Source: an uncultured Steroidobacteraceae bacterium (GTDB taxonomy: Bacteria; Pseudomonadota; Gammaproteobacteria; Steroidobacterales; Steroidobacteraceae). From it: a DNA stretch of 52,011 nucleotides. The notes beneath the pieces are model-generated. The model saw nothing but the letters and a program-made list of their open reading frames with translations. It did not search any database and was not told the DNA's origin. The DNA lies in NCBI GenBank assembly GCA_964638185.1, contig CAZXAS010000001.1, positions 1-52,011 on the forward strand, in the 5' to 3' direction. Of the stretch, positions 1-7,980 are shown in pieces (position 1 is the stretch's first letter; each line of letters begins with the position of its first letter). Both the position numbers and the translations under genes were made by a program.

Positions 1-49
1 CTGCTTTGGGAGCAGTGGGTCGGATGTTCGAATCATCTCACCCCGACCA
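1..49 (+). tRNA. 3' portion of tRNA-Pro (anticodon UGG); the 5' half lies outside the window
   Basis: Anticodon loop TTTGGGA at 5-11 gives anticodon TGG at 7-9. T-arm is GGATG/TTCGAAT/CATCT (22-38). Acceptor 3' strand is CACCCCG, discriminator A, CCA at 47-49. From memory it resembles the 3' half of enterobacterial proM. Confidence 0.8.
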
Positions 50-55
50 CCTAAC
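1..55. repeat. attL core (direct repeat, identical to 51957-52011)
   Basis: Exact 55-nt match with the right end of the window. The repeat may extend beyond the window edges. Confidence 0.9.
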
Positions 56-110
56 CCATTGATCCTGCTGCTGAATCTGGCTTACTGAGTATCTCGACAT
101 ACTCGCCAGT

Positions 111-140
111 TTCTAACGGTGCAGGATTCTTCTAACGCGG
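111..140. promoter_or_regulatory. Candidate integrase arm-type binding sites (TTCTAACGG / TTCTAACGCGG)
   Basis: TTCTAACG occurs at 111-118 and 130-137. It recurs at 51856-51864 and, inverted (GTTAGAAGAATC), at 51911-51922 on the other arm. Confidence 0.35.
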
Positions 141-1199
141 CTACTTCGTCGCCTTGACCTTTTCGCCGCTGCGGCGCCGCACGTAGGCCGCCGTCTGCTG
201 CTCGGTCGAGTGCTGGCCCTTGGCCCGGGCCGCCCGCATTCCCTCGCGCTCCTCGGTATCGGTCAGGGCCTTGGCCTTGATGTCGTGAAAGGTGCAGCGC
301 TCGACTCCAGCCACGGCGCGTGCCCGCTGCCACGCCGAGGCGACGCCCCAGTAGCTCAGCGGCTGGCCGTCCTGGCGCACGAAGACGCGCGATCCGAAGG
401 CCCGGCGCTGCTTCCGAAGCTCCTTCAGCCGGCGCACCACGTCCTCGAGCTTCGGCGTCCAGCCGATGGTGACCTTCGCGCCTGTCGAGTGCTCCACCTT
501 GGCCCGGGCGAAGAAGATGCCGGCGGGCTTGATGTCGGACCACTCCAGGGCCAGCAGATCGCCCACGGCCTGGCCGGTCAGGTAGGCCATGTCGATCAGC
601 GCGCACAGCATCGGCCCGCTGCGCGTCGTCTCGTCGGCGTGCGGATCCGAGCGGCGGGCGTCGCGCATGGCCGCCACCTTGATTCGCCTGAGCTCGCTGT
701 CGGTGATGTAGCGATCGCGGGCCGGCGTGCGCATCGTGCGGATCGCCTGCAGCGGGTTCGTGCCGGCCGGACGCAGGCCCTTCTCCTCGGCGAACCGCAT
801 CAGCTCGCGCAGCTGGGCCCGGTACGCGTTGAAGGTCCTCGGCTTGGCCTTCCACTGCTGCAGGAAGGTCGAGCAGGCAGGCGTGTCCATGTCGGCCGGC
901 GCGAACTCCACGAAGGCCGCCGCGATCACCTTGCCGCGCGCCTTCTCGTCCGTCTGGGTCTTCTCGGCGTGCGCGGGCATCACCTCGCGCTCCCAGGCCG
1001 AGATCAGGGCCGGCAGGCGCTCAATGCCATGGTCGGGCCTGGACAGTTCTTCCTTCTTTGCCGCCAGCGCGGTGTACAGCGCCGGAAGGCCGTCCTCGAT
1101 CCGGGACAGCTTGTGCCAGATCCGCCGCTTGCCCTCCGCGGTGACGAGGTAGTAGCGGCGGCCCTTCGGGAACACGCCGCGCGGCAGATCGTCGCGCAT
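141..1199 (-). CDS. int: Tyrosine recombinase / phage integrase (352 aa)
   Basis: Lies adjacent to attL/tRNA. The C-terminal catalytic region carries HDIKAKALTD and GQHSTEQQTAAYVRRR (H...Y signature). Its start overlaps the upstream stop (TGATG). Confidence 0.95.
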   Translation of the reverse strand: MRDDLPRGVFPKGRRYYLVTAEGKRRIWHKLSRIEDGLPALYTALAAKKEELSRPDHGIERLPALISAWEREVMPAHAEKTQTDEKARGKVIAAAFVEFAPADMDTPACSTFLQQWKAKPRTFNAYRAQLRELMRFAEEKGLRPAGTNPLQAIRTMRTPARDRYITDSELRRIKVAAMRDARRSDPHADETTRSGPMLCALIDMAYLTGQAVGDLLALEWSDIKPAGIFFARAKVEHSTGAKVTIGWTPKLEDVVRRLKELRKQRRAFGSRVFVRQDGQPLSYWGVASAWQRARAVAGVERCTFHDIKAKALTDTEEREGMRAARAKGQHSTEQQTAAYVRRRSGEKVKATK

Positions 1200-1408
1200 C
1201 AGGTGGTGGAGAGCAGTCGGACGCGGGGCTTCGGGGCGGCCTGCTGGCCGCGGGCGACCGCATCATAGTGCGCGCGCTCCAGGGTGACCTGGCCGAGCCG
1301 GTTGCGGTAGGCCCGCACGAAGCCCCGGCGGTGCAGCTCGGCCAGTTGCTTCGCCGGCTGGGTGTAGCCGGTCAGCTCGCGGATCTCTTCTGGGGTGAGG
1401 ATGAGCAT
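1199..1408 (-). CDS. DUF4224-like small DNA-binding protein, excisionase candidate (69 aa)
   Basis: Sequence is MLILTPEEIRELTGYTQPAKQLAELHRRGF... It sits directly upstream of int and is translationally coupled to it. The internal ATG at 1408 was chosen because it overlaps the upstream stop. Confidence 0.6.
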   Translation of the reverse strand: MLILTPEEIRELTGYTQPAKQLAELHRRGFVRAYRNRLGQVTLERAHYDAVARGQQAAPKPRVRLLSTT

Positions 1409-1611
1409 CACGCCTTCCTCCCGCGCGCCTGGAACCACTCAAGCGCGTTGCAGATCTCCGGCACCTCGTACCATGTCTCGATCTCGCGCGTGCACGCCCG
1501 GTCGCGCCAGAACGACGGGCCGAAGTAGCTGTGCCACTCCATGAAGACGCGACCGCCGCTCGCCAGAGGAAGGCGGAACACGCGGTGGCCTGTGGTGCAG
1601 GAGATGCACAT
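1408..1611 (-). CDS. Hypothetical small protein (67 aa)
   Basis: ORF in the operon frame chain, with stop/start overlaps at both ends. Confidence 0.55.
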   Translation of the reverse strand: MCISCTTGHRVFRLPLASGGRVFMEWHSYFGPSFWRDRACTREIETWYEVPEICNALEWFQARGRKA

Positions 1612-1886
1612 CAGCTGACCCTCCGAATGAAGAGCGTCAGCTCCAGCCCACAGGCCGTGGCGATGTCCTCGAGCTGCTGCACGCTGATCACCTGCCGCCC
1701 GCTTTCGATCCAGGTGATTCTGGTGCGGCTGCAGTCCAGCCGCTCGGCCAGCTGTTCCTGCGTGAGATCGCCGAGCGTTCGAAGCCGGCGCACAAGCCAG
1801 CCGGTGCCCTCGCGCTGCCAGGTCGGCGACTTGCTCTCGGGGACGTCGCCCGCGAGCTGCAGAGTGGGTTCAAGGCGGATCAGCAT
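1611..1886 (-). CDS. XRE-family helix-turn-helix regulator (91 aa)
   Basis: LTQEQLAERLDCSRTRITWIESGRQVISVQQLEDIA is a classic XRE HTH. The ATG at 1886 overlaps the upstream stop. Confidence 0.8.
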   Translation of the reverse strand: MLIRLEPTLQLAGDVPESKSPTWQREGTGWLVRRLRTLGDLTQEQLAERLDCSRTRITWIESGRQVISVQQLEDIATACGLELTLFIRRVS

Positions 1887-2197
1887 CAGAGAAACCCGTC
1901 TCCGCCGCACTGCCGGCACGCGCGGTTGTCGCCGTGCATGCACCAGCCTTGGCCGTGGCAGAGGTCGTCGCAGCACATGATCTCGTTGCCCTCTCCGCCG
2001 CACTTCCAGCAGGTGACGAGGTCGCCGAGGTAGCCGCCATCATCGTCCCAGTCGGCCTCATCCCACTGCCACTCGAGCTCGCTCGGCGGCTCCCACGGCG
2101 CGACCGCATCCTCCGGCGAGTAGCACCCGAGCAGCTCGAGGTGCCACATCGCTCGGCCTTCGTGGTCGAGCGGGTGCAGGTCAGAAGCAGTCGTCAT
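1886..2197 (-). CDS. Cys-rich protein with DnaJ-type zinc-finger repeats (103 aa)
   Basis: CWKCGGEG and CRQCGGDG are CxxCxGxG motifs. There is also CDDLCHGQG. Confidence 0.65.
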   Translation of the reverse strand: MTTASDLHPLDHEGRAMWHLELLGCYSPEDAVAPWEPPSELEWQWDEADWDDDGGYLGDLVTCWKCGGEGNEIMCCDDLCHGQGWCMHGDNRACRQCGGDGFL

Positions 2198-2549
2198 AGC
2201 TCGGTGCGTCTTCCCAGGTCGCCGACCGGTGCGCGCCGCAGTTGGCGCACTCCAGCCACTGGATGACCTGCGTGTAGACGTAGTCTCCCTGGACGTCCTG
2301 GTGGAACTCGAATTCGTGGTCGCAGCCAATCAGCGGCCGGCTGGCCAGCAGCGCAGACTTCCTGCCACGTGCATTGCGGCTGCGGGCGATAGGCGTGCCG
2401 CGGTGCAGCTGTTGACCGAAGACTGCTCGGTACGATCTCTTGAACTCGCCGCGAGAAACTCGGCGGCTGTCAATCAACCACGGGCCGCCGTATTCCCTGT
2501 CGACGCTGCCGGTGAAGAAGTCGCGCGGGCGAAGAGGCTTGCGGCTCAT
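2181..2549 (-). CDS. Hypothetical protein (122 aa), translationally coupled to the DndC-like gene
   Basis: Its start overlaps the stop of the upstream gene (TGATG at 2547-2551). Cys/His cluster GCDHEF...ECANCGAH. Confidence 0.65.
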   Translation of the reverse strand: MSRKPLRPRDFFTGSVDREYGGPWLIDSRRVSRGEFKRSYRAVFGQQLHRGTPIARSRNARGRKSALLASRPLIGCDHEFEFHQDVQGDYVYTQVIQWLECANCGAHRSATWEDAPSYDDCF

Positions 2550-3787
2550 CAGCCTGCCTCGTCGGCGCTGAACAGCAGCGGCTGTACCGCGCCGTTCTGG
2601 TAGACCACCGGCAGCACCGCGTCTCCGCTCGGCTCATCGCCATCCCAGCCGTCAGGCCAGGTGCCGGCGGAGATCAGCTCGCGGATCCGCGCTTCCTCCT
2701 CCGCGTTGATCAAGCTGATCAGCGGCCGGCCCAGCTCCGCCGCGGCGGCGTTGCAGGCCGCCTGTATGCCGAGCACGCGCTCCAGCGCCATCGACCGCGC
2801 CTCCAGGGTGATCGGGCCCATGCGCTGCGGGTTCTTGCCGATGCTGCCGTCCTTCAGGCGCTCGATGCCGGCCTTCTTCAGCCGGTTGCCGGGCTCGCGC
2901 AACTCTCGCCATAGTGGCCGAAGACCCTTGAGTGGCGCGAGATGTGACCAGGCCGGGCGAAGCAGGACTCGGTCGAGCGCGGCCTCTTCCTCGACCAGTG
3001 GGCAGCCCACGCAGCCCGTGCGGGCGTTGATCTCCTCCGCCTCATCACCGCCGTACGCGTCGGCGATCCCGGCGGTCGGCCAGTCGCCGAACTCGGGCTC
3101 GGTGGCCCAGTGCTTCAGCCACTCCCACACGTGGCACACGCGCCAGTGCAGTAGAGGAGCCAGCGTCGCGATGCGGCCGCGCAGCCCCTTGGCATTCGGC
3201 AGGACCTGCTGGTACCAGCCCTGGCCGCACTCGGCGCCGTCCTTGCCGCAGGACATCTCGATGCGAGCGTCGCGGATCGCGCTCTCGCCCTGGCGAACCC
3301 CGGTGATCATCAGGACATTGCCATCGAACTCGGCGATGCGCGCGGCGAGCGCGTCCTGCATCGGGTCGATCTTGATCTGCCGCGTGCACCAGCGCAGCGT
3401 GTTGTTGTTCGGAGGCGGCACACCGCGGCCCAGGATGTAGACCATGAAGCGCTTGTCCATGGGCGCGGTCACGACCTCCACGCGGATGCCGCGCTCGCGC
3501 AGCTCGTCCATGATCTGCTCGGCGGCGATGGCCAGCGGTGGCAGCTCCTGCCGCGTGTCGGCGTAGAACACGGTCAGCGAGCGCGGCTTGCGGATCCGGC
3601 CGGAGTCGATCAGCCAGCAGATCACCGTGAGCGTGGCGGTGCTGTCCTTGCCGCCTGACCACGCGATGCCCCAGTCCTGGTGCTCAGGGCCGTAGGTCTG
3701 CATCGACTGAACCGTCAGCTCGATGCTCTCGGTCATCTGCAGGCGCTGCCCGCCGTCGAAGAAGCTGCGCTGGATCTTGAGGTCCAT
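2549..3787 (-). CDS. DndC-like / PAPS-reductase-fold PP-loop ATP pyrophosphatase (412 aa)
   Basis: PP-loop WSGGKDST. RWCTRQIKIDP and GVRQGESAIR motifs. Several conserved-looking Cys, including GCVGCP (a possible Fe-S ligand set). Confidence 0.85.
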   Translation of the reverse strand: MDLKIQRSFFDGGQRLQMTESIELTVQSMQTYGPEHQDWGIAWSGGKDSTATLTVICWLIDSGRIRKPRSLTVFYADTRQELPPLAIAAEQIMDELRERGIRVEVVTAPMDKRFMVYILGRGVPPPNNNTLRWCTRQIKIDPMQDALAARIAEFDGNVLMITGVRQGESAIRDARIEMSCGKDGAECGQGWYQQVLPNAKGLRGRIATLAPLLHWRVCHVWEWLKHWATEPEFGDWPTAGIADAYGGDEAEEINARTGCVGCPLVEEEAALDRVLLRPAWSHLAPLKGLRPLWRELREPGNRLKKAGIERLKDGSIGKNPQRMGPITLEARSMALERVLGIQAACNAAAAELGRPLISLINAEEEARIRELISAGTWPDGWDGDEPSGDAVLPVVYQNGAVQPLLFSADEAG

Positions 3788-3789
3788 GG

Positions 3790-4002
3790 TTAGAACAGCT
3801 CCGGCGTGTCCTTGGCCGCCTGCTCGGCCACCAGGCCGGCCAGCGTGCTGCGCACGGCCTCCATGGTGGCCAGCTCGCGGTCGGCATGCTGCTGCGTCAT
3901 CCGGCCCAGCGACACCCAGCGCGGGTAGGCCTTGCGGCGCATGCCGATCTCGCGCTGCACGGCGGCCAGCTGGTCGGTCAGGGGGATGGTCGGATCGCTC
4001 AC
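3790..4002 (-). CDS. Hypothetical protein (70 aa, GTG start)
   Basis: The GTG at 4002 overlaps the upstream stop (GTGA). It lies 2 nt upstream of the DndC-like gene. Confidence 0.55.
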   Translation of the reverse strand: MSDPTIPLTDQLAAVQREIGMRRKAYPRWVSLGRMTQQHADRELATMEAVRSTLAGLVAEQAAKDTPELF

Positions 4003-4232
4003 TGCGGCTCCTTGTTGCAGGCCTCGCACGGGATGCCGCGCTTGGCCTCGGTGACGGTCTCGAAGATCAGCCAATCGGTCTCGGCGCCGCAGCGACTGCA
4101 GCGCATGGTGCACATCGGCTTGCCGAGGTCTTCGGCGCGGCCGGTGTGGCAGTCGGCGGCGTCGCTGACGTGCATCAGCACGCGAGGCCTCGAGCGCGGA
4201 GGCTTGGTGCCTGGGAAGAGGTCGGGCGTCAT
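3999..4232 (-). CDS. Hypothetical zinc-ribbon protein (77 aa)
   Basis: CSRCG...CEAC motif. ATGA overlap with the upstream gene. Confidence 0.6.
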   Translation of the reverse strand: MTPDLFPGTKPPRSRPRVLMHVSDAADCHTGRAEDLGKPMCTMRCSRCGAETDWLIFETVTEAKRGIPCEACNKEPQ

Positions 4233-4432
4233 TGCTTCGTCAGCTCCGGCAACGTGTTGCAGGTGAATCCGCAGGTCGCGCACTGCTGCCCCCAGCCGCC
4301 GAGCTGCATCAGGCCGTGGCCGTTTGGGCACATGCCGCTTCGAATCAGGTAGTCGCTGCGCAGGTAGCGCTCTTTGTCGCCAGGCTTGCCGCCAAGCACC
4401 TCGATGCGGTCGGGATCGATGCGGTCGACCAT
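4229..4432 (-). CDS. Hypothetical Cys-rich protein (67 aa)
   Basis: MCPNGH...CATCGFTC motif. Stop/start overlaps on both sides. Confidence 0.65.
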   Translation of the reverse strand: MVDRIDPDRIEVLGGKPGDKERYLRSDYLIRSGMCPNGHGLMQLGGWGQQCATCGFTCNTLPELTKQ

Positions 4433-4701
4433 CAGCTCTTCTCCGTCAGGTCGCGATACGCACGCAGCACCTCGGCGCCGTGCACGATGGGCGAGCTGCT
4501 CGGCTCGAGCGCTTCGCGCAGCTGGCGCACCTCTTCGGCCAGTTCGCTGATGGCCTTCAGCACCGCGAAGGTATCGGTCATGCGCTCGCGCACTTGGCCG
4601 GCCTCTTCGAAGGCGCGGAGGTCGGCCAGCTGGCGCAGCATGTGGCCTGCTGGAAAGCGCTCCGGGTCCGGCTGCTGGTAGGTCGGATCAGGCATCACCA
4701 T
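4432..4701 (-). CDS. Hypothetical protein (89 aa)
   Basis: ORF in the coupled operon chain with high third-position GC. Confidence 0.65.
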   Translation of the reverse strand: MVMPDPTYQQPDPERFPAGHMLRQLADLRAFEEAGQVRERMTDTFAVLKAISELAEEVRQLREALEPSSSPIVHGAEVLRAYRDLTEKS

Positions 4702-5017
4702 CCTCCTTGCGCGAGCGCCCCGCGGCGACCCGGTCGGCCTGCACGGTGAACTCGTGCGCGGCCGCGCGCAGCTCGAACTCGGTCGGCTCGCGCTGGAGCG
4801 ACGCCAGCAGGCCGCGCAAGGCGGTGACGAGGGCAGGGCGCGGCTGGTCGGCGGATGGCGGTGGCGCGGCCTTGTACTCCTGCACCACGTACTCAGCCAC
4901 CATGCGCACGATCTGATTGAAGCGCTGGTCCACCTCCATACCGACGCTGCGAGCGATCTCCAGGCGGCGGGAGAACGGCACCCAGGCCGCGGTGATGTCC
5001 TTCAGTTCTTGGCTCAT
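4688..5017 (-). CDS. Hypothetical protein (109 aa)
   Basis: ORF in the operon chain. It overlaps its neighbours by a few nt. Confidence 0.7.
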   Translation of the reverse strand: MSQELKDITAAWVPFSRRLEIARSVGMEVDQRFNQIVRMVAEYVVQEYKAAPPPSADQPRPALVTALRGLLASLQREPTEFELRAAAHEFTVQADRVAAGRSRKEDGDA

Positions 5018-5229
5018 GCCTTCTCCTTCGCGAGCTTGATCGCCTCGGTGAGTGCCTCGCGCGCCTCGACGAAGCGCTGCAGCTCGCCGGCCATCGGCTC
5101 GTCGACCTTGCCGTAGTTCGGGCCCGGCTCCCGGCTCATGTGCGAGTCGCGCAGCGCGATCTGCCAGTCACGCAGGAGCGCGCGCGCATGGCGCAGGCGG
5201 GTGGCGAGGGGCTTGGGCTTCCGCTTCAT
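5014..5229 (-). CDS. Hypothetical protein (71 aa)
   Basis: Only the C-terminal part of the 299-aa track ORF is plausible (MKRKPKPLATRL...). Its ATG overlaps the J-domain gene stop (ATGA). Confidence 0.6.
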   Translation of the reverse strand: MKRKPKPLATRLRHARALLRDWQIALRDSHMSREPGPNYGKVDEPMAGELQRFVEAREALTEAIKLAKEKA

Positions 5230-5879
5230 CGGAACACCTCCTGCAGCGCCTTCTCCTGGGCCGCGTTCAGCTCGCTCATCGCCTCGTGGCTGCCGCCCGG
5301 CTTGTCGGGGTGGAACTGGCTGGCCAGGCGGCGGTACGCAGCCTTGCAGCCCTCGCGCGTGACCGTGGCGCGGTCGACCTGCAGCACTTCCCACCAGTCG
5401 CGCTGCGCTCCTTGGCCTGGCGCCGGCAGGGCCGTGAAACCCGTGAAGGCTCGCTCGAGGATCACCGCGCCGCCGTGCCGCTCGATCGCGCGCATGGCTT
5501 CGACGGTGGCAGCCAGCGCGGCGATGTTGTCCTCGACGCGCGTGTACTGGTCGATGGCCATCACGCGCGGAGATCCGTTGAACGGATCGGTCCAGTAGAT
5601 CGCTGCGCCCGGGTCCTCGGGCTTGCGCTCGCCGGAGCGTGGCAGGCCCGCCAGCGTGGGCTTCACGTTCGTCGAGATCACCAGCGTGTCCTGGCGCACC
5701 GCGAAGCGCTCCATCTCGTCGAGCAGGCGCTGCACGGCTTCGGCCATCGTCAACGGCCGGCCAGGCGTGTAGCCGGCAACGCGCGAGGACGCACGGCCGA
5801 ACTTGGCTTCGCGCCGTAGCTGCGCGGGCGTGCGCTTCCAGCCGATCGGCCATTGGAGCGGAAAAGCTTCGATGCTCAT
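5226..5879 (-). CDS. J-domain (DnaJ-like co-chaperone) protein (217 aa)
   Basis: The C-terminal region WWEVLQVDRATVTREGCKAAYRRLASQFHPDKPGG contains the HPD tripeptide. Confidence 0.85.
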   Translation of the reverse strand: MSIEAFPLQWPIGWKRTPAQLRREAKFGRASSRVAGYTPGRPLTMAEAVQRLLDEMERFAVRQDTLVISTNVKPTLAGLPRSGERKPEDPGAAIYWTDPFNGSPRVMAIDQYTRVEDNIAALAATVEAMRAIERHGGAVILERAFTGFTALPAPGQGAQRDWWEVLQVDRATVTREGCKAAYRRLASQFHPDKPGGSHEAMSELNAAQEKALQEVFR

Positions 5880-6169
5880 GCGACCTCCGGGAATGCAGCG
5901 ATCGGCAGGTCACGCTCGCACGCGCAGGTCTCGCACACCGTGAGCACCTTCGGTTCCATCAGGGGCCGCGCCATGGTCTCGTCCGGGCCCATGACGGCTG
6001 CCAGCGGCGCGCCGATCATCAGAGTCAGGCCGTGCTGTCGTTGCACTGCCTGCACGTCGATCCCGAAGCGCTCCACGGTGACTCGCCAGAACAGCGGCAG
6101 CTTCGTGTGACCGATCGGCTTCTTGCACAGCGAGCAGGTCGTGTGCTTGCGGAGTTCGGCTTCCTTCAT
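5876..6169 (-). CDS. Hypothetical Cys-containing protein (97 aa)
   Basis: MKEAELRKHTTCSLCKK...CETCAC. ATGA overlaps with both neighbours. Confidence 0.6.
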   Translation of the reverse strand: MKEAELRKHTTCSLCKKPIGHTKLPLFWRVTVERFGIDVQAVQRQHGLTLMIGAPLAAVMGPDETMARPLMEPKVLTVCETCACERDLPIAAFPEVA

Positions 6170-7980
6170 CGCACCTCCGGCTGCACCAGCTGCAGGGCCG
6201 CCACGTAGGGGCGCACCCAGATGGGGGCCGCCGACAGGGCGAAGGTCTCGCCGGCATCGGCCAGCAGCAGCGTGCGCAGGATCTCGGTGCCGATCGCCGC
6301 GCCGGCCTCGGAGGGCACAGCGTTGCCGATCCACTCCCGGTGCGTGCTGTCGCTCTGCACGTCGGCCGTCATCGCGTCGGTGAAGGCCAGGACGTCGGCC
6401 GGGTCCTCGGGATCGAACAGGCTCTGCAGCGCGGCCAGCTCCAGCGTCGTGAACGGCCGGTGCCACGTGTCGTCGAGCGATCGGATGACAGCGATCAGCT
6501 GCTCGTCCGGCTGCGGCATCGGCCGCGGGTCGGCGACGGACCATGGCCCGTTGTCGTGGCAGGCGCTGGCGCTGACCGCTCCGCTGGGGGCATCCCAGCG
6601 GGTGACCCCGTAGTGACCACCCGTGAGGTAGGCCCCCCGCTGGGGGTCCATGCCCGGGCGCGGGTCGGCCACGGCATAGGCGCCGTTGTTGTCGCCGCTG
6701 ATCACCGTGCGCGACGTGTCCTCCCAGGCAGCACAGTGGTACTTCCCGAACAGCCTGCCGACCTGCGGGCCACGCGGATCTGCCACGCACTGGCCGCTGC
6801 CGTGCGCGCCGGTGACGGCCAGCGACGCGCGGTCCCAGGGCACGATGCGGAACTCGTTCGAGTGCTTGGCCGGGCCGGCGTGCCGCGGATCCGCCACCGT
6901 GCCGTAGCCGCTGCCTGGCGCCAGCTTCGCGGTCACGGTCGCGCTTACCTGGTCCCAGCGCTTGACGCCGTAGGCATGCCCGTCGTTCCAGGCCTCGGAC
7001 TGGGCGAAGCGCGGGTCGGCCACGCTGAATGCGCCGTTCGTCGGCCGGCTCTGGCTCTGCACCGTGCCGCACGGCTCTTCCCAGCGGCGCACGCCGAGGC
7101 CGCCGTTGTGCATCTCCGGCACGATCAGGAAGTCGCGGAGGTGGCCGTCCTCGACGGCGAGCTTGTTCAGGCTGCGCCAGTCGCTGCCGGCCTCGACGAA
7201 GGCCAGGCGCACCCAGGTCTTCCACTGCAGGCGCGGCACGCGGTGCAGCGGGCCGGCTTCGGCATGCCCTGGAAGCCAGAGCCCACCGATGACGTCGCCG
7301 ACCGAGCGCAGCGGCCGCCGCGGCGGTTCGTAGAGGAAGTTCGGCACCTTCTCCGGATGCCGCGCGACGATCAGGCAGCGCTTGCGCGACTGGCCCAGGC
7401 CGCCGAGCTCGCCGCAGTCGTGCACGGTCTCGCGGCTGATGTAGCCGTAGCTGGACATCATCGCGAGCAGCTGGTCGGCGAAGGCGCGGCCGCGCGTCAT
7501 CAGGCGCGGCACGTTCTCGAACAGGATCATCGGCACCGGATCGTCGGCCCAGGCCTCCAGCACCAGCCAGAGCGCGCGCTGCGCCAGGCCGTTCATGGCC
7601 AGGTACTTCGGGTTCGCGCTCTTGGCCTCGGGCAGCAGGCCTGAGAATCCCTTGCACGGGGCGCTCAGGAAGATGCAGTCCGGCCGGCGGCCACCGGCAG
7701 CGCGCTGGAGATCCGCGGGCGTGGCCTCGCGCCAGCCTTCGGGCGGCTCGTGGCCGTTGATCGCGACGTACTGGCTGCGGTCAGCGAAGTCGATGTCGAT
7801 CGCCGGCACGCCGACGCGGCGCGCGAAGACGCGGTTCGCGTTGGCGTCGATGTCCATGCTGCCGAGGCACTCCCACTGGCCATCCATGCCAGCGACCTGC
7901 ACGCGGGCGCGTTTGAAGCCGCGCGCGCCGCCGCCCATGGCGCCGAACAGGTGGAGGATGGTTTTGCGAACTGGAGTCAT
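6166..7980 (-). CDS. DNA (cytosine-5) methyltransferase with five tandem TRD-like repeats (604 aa)
   Basis: Motif I LFGAMGGGARGF, motif IV SAPCKGFS, motif VI FENVP, motif VIII QSRKR, motif X GNAVP. Five repeats end in VADPR. The start at 7980 overlaps the upstream stop. Confidence 0.9.
   Translation of the reverse strand: MTPVRKTILHLFGAMGGGARGFKRARVQVAGMDGQWECLGSMDIDANANRVFARRVGVPAIDIDFADRSQYVAINGHEPPEGWREATPADLQRAAGGRRPDCIFLSAPCKGFSGLLPEAKSANPKYLAMNGLAQRALWLVLEAWADDPVPMILFENVPRLMTRGRAFADQLLAMMSSYGYISRETVHDCGELGGLGQSRKRCLIVARHPEKVPNFLYEPPRRPLRSVGDVIGGLWLPGHAEAGPLHRVPRLQWKTWVRLAFVEAGSDWRSLNKLAVEDGHLRDFLIVPEMHNGGLGVRRWEEPCGTVQSQSRPTNGAFSVADPRFAQSEAWNDGHAYGVKRWDQVSATVTAKLAPGSGYGTVADPRHAGPAKHSNEFRIVPWDRASLAVTGAHGSGQCVADPRGPQVGRLFGKYHCAAWEDTSRTVISGDNNGAYAVADPRPGMDPQRGAYLTGGHYGVTRWDAPSGAVSASACHDNGPWSVADPRPMPQPDEQLIAVIRSLDDTWHRPFTTLELAALQSLFDPEDPADVLAFTDAMTADVQSDSTHREWIGNAVPSEAGAAIGTEILRTLLLADAGETFALSAAPIWVRPYVAALQLVQPEVR

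Noticed and set aside
210-1268. 352-aa plus-strand ORF antisense to the integrase
   Set aside because: It is a shadow ORF typical of high-GC DNA. The translation is Arg/Ala/Gly/Leu-rich with no motifs, whereas the opposite strand encodes a clear tyrosine recombinase.
1408-1886. XRE regulator plus adjacent small ORF as a toxin-antitoxin pair
   Set aside because: The small partner has no recognisable toxin motif. The pair sits in a long translationally coupled phage operon rather than forming an autonomous two-gene cassette.
5014-7657. Long minus-strand ORFs 5014-5913 (299 aa) and 5876-7657 (593 aa)
   Set aside because: They are out-of-frame overlaps of the J-domain and C5-methylase genes, with Arg/Pro/Ala-rich nonsense translations. 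Only their C-terminal segments (5014-5229 and 5876-6169), which begin at stop/start overlaps, look real.
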